Source: a virus
Taxonomy: Duplodnaviria > Caudoviricetes
DNA length: 64,000 nt
IMG/VR virus record: IMGVR_UViG_3300001528_000425
Coordinates: 160,001 to 224,000 of that record
Reading direction: 5' to 3' (one strand)
Positions 20,124 through 30,914 of this stretch are shown one piece after another. The notes beneath the pieces are model-generated. The model made no database searches, had not been told where the DNA came from, and saw nothing but the letters and a program-made list of their open reading frames with translations. Position 1 is the first letter of the stretch; each line of letters opens with the position of its first letter. The position numbers were made by a program, and so were the translations under genes.

Positions 20124-20462
20124 ATGGTCTATGCTGTGATCAGATATGATTCCGTTTCAAGGAATATCCTTGGTGTCGGGATCAGATACGTGCGGAGTGG
20201 CATTGCACAAGGAGCTGGTGAACTCTGTCTCCGGTGTGACAACGAAGAGAACGGATTGCCTGACGGCATGTCGATTGAATCGTTCATGAACAACTTTCAC
20301 CACTGGATGGTTACTACCGATGGAGGTGGTCTGATTAAAGTCAGTGAAACTTCTCCTGGTGGAAGAACTTACACGAATGCCGAATGGAATGCATTGACAT
20401 ACAGTCATCTTCCGTTGGCATATCGTAGAGCGAATGAGATCAAGAACTTCAAATTCGTTTAA
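20124..20462 (+). CDS. hypothetical protein
   Basis: AAGGAGG RBS; last gene of operon. Confidence 0.7.
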   Translation: MVYAVIRYDSVSRNILGVGIRYVRSGIAQGAGELCLRCDNEENGLPDGMSIESFMNNFHHWMVTTDGGGLIKVSETSPGGRTYTNAEWNALTYSHLPLAYRRANEIKNFKFV

Positions 20463-20475
20463 CAACTCAAAATAC

Positions 20476-20512
20476 CCTAGAGGGAAGGAGCGTAGTGCTC
20501 CTTCCCTCTAGG
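20476..20512. terminator. hairpin between convergent genes
   Basis: 16-bp stem CCTAGAGGGAAGGAGC/GCTCCTTCCCTCTAGG. Confidence 0.8.
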
Positions 20513-20524
20513 TGATATTTGTCT

Positions 20525-21565
20525 TTATTTTTTGGTTTCGTCTTTCTCAGTGGGAGGACGCCAGTCTCTTGCCGCGTTGCAGACGAACAACAACGCACGT
20601 GCAACCGCTCCATTATTCACAGAGGATTTGCGAAGAACTGATCGGAAGAAATCCGCTTCCTTCTTGATAGATCTGGCCAAATCTTGATCACCGTCACTCT
20701 GAGCAGCTTGTTTGGCGGTGTTCATCTTCTTGAGAACTTCGTTCATCGCCCGATTCATTGTCTGATCGTCTTTCAACATACCGATTGTGGTTTCACAGTA
20801 TGTCTGAAGGTCTCCCAGTTTCCATTGTGCTACACCGAGTTTGAACACTCGACGTTCGGGACCACGATTGGAAGAATGAACTCCGTCAGCAGTGATCGTC
20901 TGTCCAAAGTAGGCAAAGCTCTTCTCCAGGACATTGATGTGCTTCTTGACATAGTCTCCTTGATCCTGGTTCAGATCGGAGTAAGTCTCCGTAACGGAGA
21001 TAGCTGCAGCTTGCAGTTCACGCCACACCAGATTGTGATAGGTGTTGACTGAAAGCTGGGCAAAGATGTTCTGATCCCCACGACAGTAGATGTTGATACT
21101 GTTCTGAAGCATCGCCGCATGCTTCTGCAGCTGGAATCGATACCGTCGGTTATGGACGATATAATCCATCATGAACTCTTTGAATGCTTCCATCAGCTGA
21201 GTCAGGATACGAATGAAGTCTTCTTTCCATCCTTCCATGCTCGCTTCTGCTTTCTGCAGATAGAGATCACGGAGCTCCGGATTGTACGATTCCATTGTAA
21301 CGATTTCGAGTGGTTGACCGATAAGAGATTCCATCTCTCCGTTGTAGTCGAAAGCACTCAAAAAGGCCGTATCAACCCGGTAGCCTTCGACTGCCTTTTT
21401 AAAGGCTAAAACTCGGTCATACTTAAGCAATTGGCTGTCCAAATCAGCCATAATTGCATCACACTTCTGAATGGCCAAAATTTGATCGAACTCAGATTGA
21501 GTCAAATCAGCATCGGCACTCTCAAGTGTTGGTCCAACCGGATGACCCGGCATGGTGTACTTCAT
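20525..21565 (-). CDS. internal head virion protein
   Basis: Start MKYTMPG with GGAG RBS; AVE and SME|G motifs; FL..YN.xG segment similar to 11891 protein. Confidence 0.65.
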   Translation of the reverse strand: MKYTMPGHPVGPTLESADADLTQSEFDQILAIQKCDAIMADLDSQLLKYDRVLAFKKAVEGYRVDTAFLSAFDYNGEMESLIGQPLEIVTMESYNPELRDLYLQKAEASMEGWKEDFIRILTQLMEAFKEFMMDYIVHNRRYRFQLQKHAAMLQNSINIYCRGDQNIFAQLSVNTYHNLVWRELQAAAISVTETYSDLNQDQGDYVKKHINVLEKSFAYFGQTITADGVHSSNRGPERRVFKLGVAQWKLGDLQTYCETTIGMLKDDQTMNRAMNEVLKKMNTAKQAAQSDGDQDLARSIKKEADFFRSVLRKSSVNNGAVARALLFVCNAARDWRPPTEKDETKK

Positions 21566-21588
21566 GTTACATATCTCCAAGTTTATAC

Positions 21589-23487
21589 TTAGTTCTTGTT
21601 CACTCGATGCCACGGGAAGATAGACATCAACGATTTGATTGGAGCGCTCATGCCCATCATGGTTGCCCAGTAAGTTGAAGATCCCCACGTGTTACGTTTC
21701 ATCAACAGAAGCGCTTGTGTTCTTCTCATCATGGTATCCCATCGGAAGTATCTTTCCTTCAAGCCGATACCGGCAAGTGTGTCCAGATACATATCGAGTT
21801 TCGTTGTATTCAAGTTATCGATCGTCCCATCACACAAGTGTGTATAAAGCACAGGAGAAAGATCCTTGATCGAGAAACTCACTTTAACGACAGTGGGCAT
21901 GTCTGTATGGTTCCACCCGAATTCCTGATCGCCTCGCTCTACACTCAGGCTATCGATGATTCCGTAGGGAACGGCGAACATACCCTTGACATATGCCCTT
22001 ACCATAAACGGTGAGGTGAATGTTGAGTTACCGGTACCTCGAGGAAGAGTACCAGCCAACAAACAAGACAACGGGATGTAGATGGATTGGTAGATCGAAA
22101 CCGGATCTCCATACTTGGCACGTAGTACCATATTGAAACTGTAGCTTTTGCTGAAGCTACTTCCAGCCCATACTTCTGGTAAGTCGAAATATCCGTTACC
22201 GGTGTAGATATTCATAGCGGCCTTTTTGAAACCGCTAGAAGCTGCTTCCCAGAATTGCTTAAATCCAGAAACCAATGCATCCAAAGTTCCGATAACACCA
22301 GTGCCACCGGCACTGTTCATGGAGATGTCACGTTTCTGCCCAACGAATCCGTTCAAGTCCTGTGCCAACTGAGTTTCCTTGGTGCTGTTGCTGAAACTTT
22401 CGGAGGCGTTGGTACCCTTTTCGATGCGGAACCCGATGAAGTCGTTGCCACCAAGTGCAGAGCCCTTAAACGCACCAGTGAATCGATCGAAGATCGTAGA
22501 TTCTTGTCCACCATCGATCTCATCTTTGTTGGTTTTCTCGTTGCGTTTGATACCCTTGCCCATTGCTTTCGCTTGCTCGTCATTTAGATCGTCAGTAGAC
22601 ATATTGAGTAGCTTCTGATCCTTGGCGTCTGGGTCCAATCGAGCAGCACGTTTGTTCAGGATACGAAAGATATCCGGACCGTCTTTGATGATCTCTGGGA
22701 GATTATGTCGATACATAGCTGCTATTTCTGGATTCTGCAATCCTTGGGAAGTAGTGTTACCCCAAATACCCATATTAACTGCAAGCTTAGATGCTATGAC
22801 GTTCACCAATCTCAGATACAAGGGCATGGATTGATAGAACTTGATGTAGTCGGTAACCTCAAATGTGTTACCAAGCGACAGTAACTTCGATGTCCAGATG
22901 ATCGGATACCATGGAAGTTCGAATGCGATCTTCAAACCTTCTCCAAGCAGATGTCCAATGGAATAGGCTGCGCTCGCATAACCGTTCTCCATGGTAACAG
23001 CCAACTTAGCTGCTGTCGCTTTACCAAGGTAATCTTCCAGCTTATTGAAGTGAGGTACTCCGAAGGTCATCCACAAGATGCGTTGTTGTCCGTCGAAGAT
23101 CTCACTATACACTCGACCCATACCAGAGTATCCATATCCAGCAGCTCTACCAGCCTTGCTGTTCATGATAGGAACAATGTCATCATCCAACCCGAAGGAC
23201 GGATAAGGATTGATAGCATCGTTACCACCTACACTTGAATCAGACACGATCGGACGTTCTCCGATCGATTTGTCTTTCTTTTCAAGATCTTTCAATTGCT
23301 CCCTGGCACGAGCTCTTGCTGTATCCACGTCCATATTTTCATCAGCTTCCATGAAACCCTTAGCGAATACATCAATAAGAGAATCTCTGTAGTTCTGATA
23401 ACTCTTACCAAGGATGACTCCGTAGGGGGATTTGAGCCAGTCTGGATTCTGGTCCATCACAGTTTCGGGTCTTTTAACCGAAGCCAT
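21589..23487 (-). CDS. tail/baseplate protein (phiKZ gp182-like)
   Basis: SSVGGNDAINP, MGRVYSE, PEVW..S, LRAKYGD, SPF, IIDSLSVERG; immediately downstream of gp181-like gene. Confidence 0.75.
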   Translation of the reverse strand: MASVKRPETVMDQNPDWLKSPYGVILGKSYQNYRDSLIDVFAKGFMEADENMDVDTARARAREQLKDLEKKDKSIGERPIVSDSSVGGNDAINPYPSFGLDDDIVPIMNSKAGRAAGYGYSGMGRVYSEIFDGQQRILWMTFGVPHFNKLEDYLGKATAAKLAVTMENGYASAAYSIGHLLGEGLKIAFELPWYPIIWTSKLLSLGNTFEVTDYIKFYQSMPLYLRLVNVIASKLAVNMGIWGNTTSQGLQNPEIAAMYRHNLPEIIKDGPDIFRILNKRAARLDPDAKDQKLLNMSTDDLNDEQAKAMGKGIKRNEKTNKDEIDGGQESTIFDRFTGAFKGSALGGNDFIGFRIEKGTNASESFSNSTKETQLAQDLNGFVGQKRDISMNSAGGTGVIGTLDALVSGFKQFWEAASSGFKKAAMNIYTGNGYFDLPEVWAGSSFSKSYSFNMVLRAKYGDPVSIYQSIYIPLSCLLAGTLPRGTGNSTFTSPFMVRAYVKGMFAVPYGIIDSLSVERGDQEFGWNHTDMPTVVKVSFSIKDLSPVLYTHLCDGTIDNLNTTKLDMYLDTLAGIGLKERYFRWDTMMRRTQALLLMKRNTWGSSTYWATMMGMSAPIKSLMSIFPWHRVNKN

Positions 23488-23551
23488 ATGACGTTTCCTC
23501 CTTTAGTTGTTCTTAAATTTGCTATATTATCGTCCATAACGAATAAAAAGA

Positions 23552-23589
23552 ACTAGGTAAGGAGGGGGATATCCCCCTCCTTACCTAGT
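23552..23589 (-). terminator. 38-bp perfect palindrome with U tract
   Basis: ACTAGGTAAGGAGGGGGAT|ATCCCCCTCCTTACCTAGT then TCTTTTTATT on -. Confidence 0.85.
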
Positions 23590-23596
23590 GGATGAG

Positions 23597-26500
23597 TTAC
23601 TTCTTACGAAGATCGACTCCATCTCGATCCGACTCTTTTCCAGTCTGCTGCATAACAGCAACAGGGGAATTGTTCATAACAACAGGCGGCGGCATTTCCT
23701 TCTTGGCGGTTTCTTGCGAAGCCTTGACCAGGTCAGACATACCATCGATCTTGATGCCTCCTCCGTTGGTAACCAACTTGGATAGCAACTGAGCGATCTG
23801 AGCGCTGTTCGCTGCATTTTGAGCAGCAGCAGATTCATTCTTCTTAAGGCTCTCAGCGAGACCCTGCTGAAGTTTATCAACACTGTTGTTAAGATTACGC
23901 GCACCTTGCAGTTGAGTAGAAGGTGCAGTCTGTGCTGCATTCTTCACCTCTTCCTGGGTAGATGCCATCGGATTGGGATCGGAACCCATGATGTCACGAC
24001 CAGTAGTCGTGAGCTTCGGTGCATTGGTTGATGCATCTTTGATGATGTCAGATGCTGGTGGTTCTGGTTGGATTTCTGCATTCTCCACGGAAGCAGCTGC
24101 ATCCTTCCCTTGTTCCAGGGCGGCTTTTTCTTGTTCAGCTTTAGCAGCTTGCGCCTTGCTGTACTCAGCCTCGATGGCTTTGGAGATAGCGAAGCCTTCT
24201 TTACTACCAGCTTTAGTTCCCAAGAACGCGGCGGCTTTGTCCGCCAGAGATTTGCCCTCGGGGGTGTTCATACCGCCAAGCTTCTGAACAAGCATCTGGT
24301 GACGTTTGTTCTTAAGCTCCCACATCTTCTTATCATCACTATTACCACGGAAGAAGTTCTTCATGGACAACCAACCGGTTTCACCTGCAGAACGAGCAGC
24401 AGCTACGATCACACGACCTTGTTCGACTGGGTTGAGACCAACGTCAATTGCATTGTTGACGAACCCTCTCCAGCTCACTCCGCCACGGTTAGCGACCTGT
24501 TCCTCGTATTCTTTTCTGCGTTCTCCGGTCATGAGCGCACCATCGATAGCACCTGCACCGATCGCTGCCAACTGGAGTGGACCAAGTGCTTTGGACGCTA
24601 CACCAGAAGCAGCTTTCAGACCGACAGTAGCTGCAGCCTTGGGAGCTGCTTTAGCGGCGACCTTACCAGCTAAGCCGAGAATCGGCGCTGCCGTATAGCC
24701 AACGTTAACTGCCGTATCAGCTGCAGATGCGATACCAGACTGATTCTCAGCGGTGGTATCATCCCCGAGAGCCGTCAGCCAAGGACCTTTCTGTTGAGAA
24801 GATGCTGGTACCGGAGGCGGAGCTCCACCTGCTTTCAGCTTCTCCAGCAGAGCATTATTCGGTGCATTGGTTGATGCATCAGCGTTCTGCATCGGATTGG
24901 GATCGGGAGTATCTCCAGGAGATTTCACTTCCGTTCCTACTTGTTCCAGGGCGGCTTTTTCTTGAGGAGTAGTTGGAGAGCCTTCTTCCTTCCCTTCTTC
25001 ACCGGGAATTAATCCAGCATCCTTCTTCATCTGAAGTTCTTTGATACGATCGGAGATATCCTCATCATCGTTCAAATCCACTCCAAGTGCATTCAACTCC
25101 TTGATATCACGTTCTTCTGGCGCTTTGTTTCGAAGTTCCTGAAGTCTGGAAATCTGCTGATCAGTAGTCATAAGGGCGGACGTTGCCGCCTTCTTATCAT
25201 CTTCCGATGCAGCTTCTCCGTCTTCTGTCTTTTCGATGGCACCGCCAGCTGCATCCGCAACTGCCTGTTGGAACATGTTGTAAGCTGCCTGGCATTCCTC
25301 GATAGACTTCGCCTCCGTGATGTTCATCATAGCGGCAGCTGCCGCTTTCTTCTGACGATCATTCATGTCTGGCATCGTACTATCGATGGTATCGAGCAAC
25401 TGCTTCTTGTAATCGGCTAATTGCTTTTCTTGATCATCATCACCTCCGGACATCCCGTAGGCAGTACCAGCGATAGCAGCGGTTCCGATACCAAGCACAG
25501 CCAGCTTCTTCCCCCAACCACCAGGAGTCTTAAGGGCCTTCATTAACATTTTGCCGCCAGCCTTCCAAACGCTAGGTTTGAAGAGTTTGCCAGCTGTTTT
25601 GGTAGCAGAGGCGATACCCTTACCGTAGTTCTTGAACGCTTTGCCGCTGGTAAACATCCGACGTGCGGTGTTCCACACCTTTGATCCTCTGGTGAGCATG
25701 CCTCCAGAGGTCTGAGATGCACGACCAGCGCGCTGAAGCACTCGTGCTCTGGCGTAGAGACCTTTGCCAAGCTTAGAGCCCTTGCTCCAGCCCCCCTTCG
25801 CCATGGTTCTGCCTTTGTACCAGTTAGCGAACTTACCGGCTCCAGCAGCCAGACCCAATCCACCTAACGTGTATTTGACTGTCTTGCTGAGCCAACCTTC
25901 GCCTCCCTCACCAGTATTGTTGGTGACGTTATTGATGACTTGAGGTCCATCATCACCGCCTCCTCCACCTGCAGCCATGGCAGCGAGTTCCTCGCGACGT
26001 TCCTTCTCGGCTTGACGCTTCTCCATGATGTCTTCGTAACTTCCATCACGATCTCCATCACCATCGGCATCGCCGAACATCGGTCGTTTTCCACCAGGCC
26101 CGCCACCATAGAACCCATCTTCAGGAAGTCTCGCATCCAACAACTTGTAGATCAAATCCAACCGATCTGTGATCGGTGCGTACTTCTTCTCTGGGTTCTT
26201 ACCGGCTCCGAATAGCCATTTGAGACCTGCACCCGCACCATCGAACAATTTCTTGTAGATGTGCGTGTACATCTCAACTACGCTACCGCCACCTTTGAAG
26301 AGGGTCTTCAGCATGTCAGAACCATTGCCGAGAAGTTTCTTGGCAAGACCTCCCCCACCTCCGGCTCCAGATCCGAGTGGACGGTTATCCACATCTACCA
26401 ACCCATGCTTAATATCTTCTTCAGTGATCAGACACTCTTTGGTTTGAGGATCGAACACCGGTTCGATGATATCTTCACTACGCTTGACTGTGGTACCATC

Positions 26501-29500
26501 TTTGAACACGACTCCGCTTTCTTGCTTCCGTCGTGACAGGATCGGTTTACCGGGATCGATCTGATCCTTGAGATAGATGTTGACATAAGGTCTGTCAGCT
26601 GCTCGTCTGCCACCGAGGATATTGGAGATACCCTTGATGGCCGCACCGTAAACACCGAAGTAACCTTTCAGCAATCCGGTCGCTCCTTTGACAGCATTGT
26701 TAGCCAAGAGCAACCCACCTTGCACCATCTTGGACAGAGGACGATTAGACACCGTCACCAGGCCATGTTGCAAGTCTTCTTCACTGATCAGTACTTCTCC
26801 GGTAGCTGCATCGATCACAGGACGATCGATATCCTTACTGTTGAGAACACGTTCTTGTGTATCTGCGAACAGTACGCCAGGTGCTCTCGCTTGTTTCTGG
26901 GCACTGAGCAGCGGATGTCCGAGATCGACGTTATCCTTGAGATAGATGTCGTAGTACGGTTCCTTAGCACCCAATACACCACCAGCTATCTTGCTGGCTA
27001 ACCCGAAGGCTCCTTTGATCGCTGAACTGTAGACGTTGAAGTAGCCTTTCGCGATGGTGCCACCAGCACCTACGAGTTTACCCGCAAGTCCTGTCAGACC
27101 CCCACCACCTTGGCCTCCTATACCTTGGAGTCCTGCGACCAACTCGAGCATCGTGTCAAGTTGTTCGTCGCGTTTGGTCTGACGTTCGTCCCAACTAACG
27201 TTCCATGCCTTGAACGCATCGAGCATTGAGTTGGAGTTGGTAACACCAAGACCAGGATCATCGATACTGGGAGAAGCTGGATCTTGAACCGTACTGGTTT
27301 GCACGGTAGAAGAAGGTGCTTGAACTTGCGGCAGAGGAGCTGCTTCAGGTCTCAGTCGGTTGAGCTGAGTCAGTTTTCTAGCCATCACCATACGCAACTG
27401 CAGCACATCGAATTTCTTACCGGATTTGGATTCCAGTGTATCCAGTAAGGCACCGAAATCGTTCCGATATTGAAGGATCAATGCTCCAAGTTGATCAGAA
27501 TCCATACCTGCCTGGTTGGCAAGATCTTCAGCCGAACTGATAGGAGTAAGTTGCGGAGAAGATGGAGATGGTGCAGCACCTGTGGGCGATGGTATCCCCG
27601 ACGGAGGTGGTGTCTCTGGGATGAAGGACTCCCGTCTCGGTGCTGGTGCCGTCTGGCTTTCATTACCGATGTGGATACCACGTTCGTGTAACCTTGCAAC
27701 GATTCTATCTTTGAGATCACCTTTGGCCACACGAGTCAACGTCTCTCCGGTTCCTTGGAGAAAATCATCCACAGGCTGGAAAACGCTGGAACTGGTAACA
27801 GAGCGAAGTTTATTCGCTCCAGCAGCCAGTGCTCCAGTGACACGACTCCCTACTGTAGAGATCTTCTCCGTGGCAACTTGTCTTACTTCATCAGAATGCT
27901 GTAAGCCACGAAGTGTGGACTCGTAAGCGTCATCAACAGCGCTTCCAAATGTTTTCTCGTCTTTCTTCCGCAATTCAGCGGCGATGGGATCGAGATTGAT
28001 CTGGTCGTTTTTATTGATGATGTCGGTCAAATACCGACGCATGCCACGAGCTTCAGCGAAGATCGGCAATTCGGTTTTGAAGGCATCGCGTGCAGATTGA
28101 CGATTGACCGCTTGTTGGATCATGTCCACCATGCGCTTGTCATATACACCATCCGGGAAGCAAGAGTCGTAGATCACTCGCAACACTGCTTTTGGATTAC
28201 GTGTCCCCTTGGTGATCGTTGCGATGTACTTGTCCGGGTCCGGATAGGGATCATTGGGATCTTCGTTGATATAAAGTCCGATCGTGTCCAAGTCCAGCGC
28301 CTCCATACGGAGCGCCATATTGACGATCACTTTACTAATGTCGTCCTGGACATTATCGAAGTTCATCTTATCTTCTTCAGATGCTTGAGACTTCGAGTGA
28401 CCAGCTTTGATTGTACCGATCGCCGCAGACAAATCCTTGGATCGTTGCTCTGCAGTACCCATGATACGATCGAACATGTTAGAACGCATCTCGGACACAG
28501 GGACAAAAGAGCGACTGTAATAGTCGTAAGCTTCTTCCTCTTGAGGTGATCCGGCTCTCAGCTGAGCGATCTCATTGTGGATCTTACCGAGCCATCCAGG
28601 GATGATCTCCACGATCGATTGTCTGGTGATGTTGTCGTAGATAGCGGCATCGGTGCCATTGGTCAGAAGCTTGTTGGTTCCAACTGAAGCCGCTTCAAAA
28701 CCCGGGATGATATCCGCCAGGAAACCCATAAGACCAGGCTGGTTCGCAGCGCGTTTACGCCACTGGGCCACTTTCATCAAGGTATTGGTTTTGATATCAC
28801 CGAAGGCGCCTTCCATGTCAGACGCGAATGGCTGAAGCTTATCAGCGATACGTCGAGTACCAGCAACGCCAAGGAATCCACCCAATCCTCGAGCAAGGAG
28901 ACCGCTGATTTGGCTTCCGATCCCCTGGCCTTCCATGCCAAGTTCACGCCCCATCTCAGCAGCATCAGCTTGTTGTTCAAGTTGTCCTGCAAAACTTCCA
29001 AGCATCCCTTGAGTACGTTCGAAGACTTTGTCTCGAATGTTTCCAAGGAGTTTGTCACGGAAGGTAGAAATGTATCCAGAAAGTCTCTGACCCCACTGTC
29101 CGTAGGTGGACTTCAAGTATTCTTCCTTCATACGTTCGATCTTGGTGATCTTATTCACTTCCGGCAATGCCGTATTGTGAGCGATGATCTTCAAGTTCGA
29201 TTCCATGACTTGCGACATCGTGCTGATCGCTCCAAAGATGTCTCTGGATACAAACAGATGTCTGTATTTCAGTTCCAGGGATTTCTTCAAATAAGCGGTG
29301 TAAGTCGTCTTCACGAAAGCAGCCACGTAGCGATTCGCTACATAGATGTCAGACAACCGATTCTCAAGCTGACGATTCCGGGTGGAAGCGAGTGCTTGAT
29401 TCAACATGTTGGTCTGACGTTCTTCCGCCTTCTGGGCTGCCATATACTCGATCTGAGCACTGGAAGTATCAGCGAAGACAGAACTCAATTCCGCTGCAAT

Positions 29501-29989
29501 ACTCTCCGATTCGATCGATTCTTTCGATCTGGGAGAATACGCCCAACGAGCATCGATGTCACGACGTCTCTGGCGGTCCTGCAGCTTCTTATTGATCTTA
29601 TCATAGATTCGTTTCGGGACCAATCTCTTCGCTTGAGGTAACAGCTTACTCGCTGAGACCTCGAGACTGATCAACGTGGGCTGGAGTTTCTGGGAGAACT
29701 CCCTTCGCATGTCGTTGAACTCACTGTAAGTCTGTGAGAGTTCACTCGCCATAGCGGATGTCTTGGGAAGACGACGTCCGATTTCCACACTGAGAGCATC
29801 ACCTGCTCCAGTTGCGGTATCTTTCAGGAACTTGCTAACGAATTTCTTAGTAGGACCAGACGGTTTACGTCCGGTTACCTTCGGTTCTTCGATATCGAAG
29901 TTACCAAGTCCAGATTCCCATTCGTCAGCATTGTCGAATGGTTGGAAATCTTCTTCCCGCAATGATTCAAGACTTTTATCAATAGCCAT
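23597..29989 (-). CDS. tape-measure-like giant tail protein (phiKZ gp181-like)
   Basis: 2130 aa; YLKKSLELKYR, NTALPE, SIVEIIPGWL; duplicated DIYLKD...P.LS...I..PV.D...LI.EED...GL repeat; long Gly/Ala/Lys-rich helical segments. Confidence 0.8.
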   Translation of the reverse strand: MAIDKSLESLREEDFQPFDNADEWESGLGNFDIEEPKVTGRKPSGPTKKFVSKFLKDTATGAGDALSVEIGRRLPKTSAMASELSQTYSEFNDMRREFSQKLQPTLISLEVSASKLLPQAKRLVPKRIYDKINKKLQDRQRRRDIDARWAYSPRSKESIESESIAAELSSVFADTSSAQIEYMAAQKAEERQTNMLNQALASTRNRQLENRLSDIYVANRYVAAFVKTTYTAYLKKSLELKYRHLFVSRDIFGAISTMSQVMESNLKIIAHNTALPEVNKITKIERMKEEYLKSTYGQWGQRLSGYISTFRDKLLGNIRDKVFERTQGMLGSFAGQLEQQADAAEMGRELGMEGQGIGSQISGLLARGLGGFLGVAGTRRIADKLQPFASDMEGAFGDIKTNTLMKVAQWRKRAANQPGLMGFLADIIPGFEAASVGTNKLLTNGTDAAIYDNITRQSIVEIIPGWLGKIHNEIAQLRAGSPQEEEAYDYYSRSFVPVSEMRSNMFDRIMGTAEQRSKDLSAAIGTIKAGHSKSQASEEDKMNFDNVQDDISKVIVNMALRMEALDLDTIGLYINEDPNDPYPDPDKYIATITKGTRNPKAVLRVIYDSCFPDGVYDKRMVDMIQQAVNRQSARDAFKTELPIFAEARGMRRYLTDIINKNDQINLDPIAAELRKKDEKTFGSAVDDAYESTLRGLQHSDEVRQVATEKISTVGSRVTGALAAGANKLRSVTSSSVFQPVDDFLQGTGETLTRVAKGDLKDRIVARLHERGIHIGNESQTAPAPRRESFIPETPPPSGIPSPTGAAPSPSSPQLTPISSAEDLANQAGMDSDQLGALILQYRNDFGALLDTLESKSGKKFDVLQLRMVMARKLTQLNRLRPEAAPLPQVQAPSSTVQTSTVQDPASPSIDDPGLGVTNSNSMLDAFKAWNVSWDERQTKRDEQLDTMLELVAGLQGIGGQGGGGLTGLAGKLVGAGGTIAKGYFNVYSSAIKGAFGLASKIAGGVLGAKEPYYDIYLKDNVDLGHPLLSAQKQARAPGVLFADTQERVLNSKDIDRPVIDAATGEVLISEEDLQHGLVTVSNRPLSKMVQGGLLLANNAVKGATGLLKGYFGVYGAAIKGISNILGGRRAADRPYVNIYLKDQIDPGKPILSRRKQESGVVFKDGTTVKRSEDIIEPVFDPQTKECLITEEDIKHGLVDVDNRPLGSGAGGGGGLAKKLLGNGSDMLKTLFKGGGSVVEMYTHIYKKLFDGAGAGLKWLFGAGKNPEKKYAPITDRLDLIYKLLDARLPEDGFYGGGPGGKRPMFGDADGDGDRDGSYEDIMEKRQAEKERREELAAMAAGGGGGDDGPQVINNVTNNTGEGGEGWLSKTVKYTLGGLGLAAGAGKFANWYKGRTMAKGGWSKGSKLGKGLYARARVLQRAGRASQTSGGMLTRGSKVWNTARRMFTSGKAFKNYGKGIASATKTAGKLFKPSVWKAGGKMLMKALKTPGGWGKKLAVLGIGTAAIAGTAYGMSGGDDDQEKQLADYKKQLLDTIDSTMPDMNDRQKKAAAAAMMNITEAKSIEECQAAYNMFQQAVADAAGGAIEKTEDGEAASEDDKKAATSALMTTDQQISRLQELRNKAPEERDIKELNALGVDLNDDEDISDRIKELQMKKDAGLIPGEEGKEEGSPTTPQEKAALEQVGTEVKSPGDTPDPNPMQNADASTNAPNNALLEKLKAGGAPPPVPASSQQKGPWLTALGDDTTAENQSGIASAADTAVNVGYTAAPILGLAGKVAAKAAPKAAATVGLKAASGVASKALGPLQLAAIGAGAIDGALMTGERRKEYEEQVANRGGVSWRGFVNNAIDVGLNPVEQGRVIVAAARSAGETGWLSMKNFFRGNSDDKKMWELKNKRHQMLVQKLGGMNTPEGKSLADKAAAFLGTKAGSKEGFAISKAIEAEYSKAQAAKAEQEKAALEQGKDAAASVENAEIQPEPPASDIIKDASTNAPKLTTTGRDIMGSDPNPMASTQEEVKNAAQTAPSTQLQGARNLNNSVDKLQQGLAESLKKNESAAAQNAANSAQIAQLLSKLVTNGGGIKIDGMSDLVKASQETAKKEMPPPVVMNNSPVAVMQQTGKESDRDGVDLRKK

Positions 29990-30762
29990 TACTGATCAGT
30001 TCCTGTAATAATCTTGTTGCGGATGAAAGTGAAGTCACATACAGCTGCCATGTGGATCTGTTGGTTCTCGATCCTCTGTTCGATGTCATCTGTATGTGTT
30101 ACTTGTATACGACTGAAGACGAACTTGGTGAGAAACTCGTTAGCCTCACCCAGTCTAGCACAAGTCGATCCTTTCCGGAAGAAATTCAGAATATCGTACA
30201 CTACAAAATAATCCAGTGTTTCGATAAACGACTCAGGATAGGAGTTGATTTCTCTATCCAAGAATTCAACTCGCATGAATGGATCGATTCTGGTTTTCAA
30301 CTGATGTTTGATCATCAACTTGGCATCTTCATGCAGATGAAGTGATGTACAGTTGAAGTAATAGGTTACAGGATCGTTGGTATCTTTGTGTTTGTTGAAT
30401 GTGTTAATCCCTTGGATCATAGAATCGATGGTTCTCCAAGATTCCGTAATGGGAGATCCAAGGCAAAGATTCCGGTTGAACTTCGGGTTGTTCAGTACTT
30501 CCAAGATTTGGCTCTCTTTCAGCCTTAACTGAGGGAAATACTTCGCTGTCTCCAGATCGATCGCTTTCTCATACATGGGAAGTCGATACAAGATGTATTG
30601 ATATTCCACATCTGTAGAGATAAGCTGTTGTATGATTGCTCCAAGCTTGTAATCGAAGCAACATTCCAGATCAATGTAGACGTTCCTGATTTGCTTGAAA
30701 TAAGGAGACATCATAGCGGTTCCCAGTGCAGAATATTCGCTGAATGATGCGGGTGGCTGCAT
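29989..30762 (-). CDS. conserved hypothetical protein
   Basis: AGGAGG RBS, late motif upstream, stop overlaps start of tail gene (TAATG). Confidence 0.7.
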   Translation of the reverse strand: MQPPASFSEYSALGTAMMSPYFKQIRNVYIDLECCFDYKLGAIIQQLISTDVEYQYILYRLPMYEKAIDLETAKYFPQLRLKESQILEVLNNPKFNRNLCLGSPITESWRTIDSMIQGINTFNKHKDTNDPVTYYFNCTSLHLHEDAKLMIKHQLKTRIDPFMRVEFLDREINSYPESFIETLDYFVVYDILNFFRKGSTCARLGEANEFLTKFVFSRIQVTHTDDIEQRIENQQIHMAAVCDFTFIRNKIITGTDQ

Positions 30763-30804
30763 ATAAGCTCTCCTCCTATTTGATTCATATAGACCTTATT
30801 TTAA

Positions 30805-30813
30805 CATAGGATG
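30805..30813 (-). promoter_or_regulatory. putative late promoter
   Basis: CATCCTATG upstream of the tail operon. Confidence 0.6.
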
Positions 30814-30914
30814 GCGGGTAGCTGTAGGTATTTAATTAGAGTACCTTAGCTATTATATGTGTGTACGTGATAACGTGTATGTCGTATCAACAAGTCAAGT
30901 ATCTAGGAGTTAAC

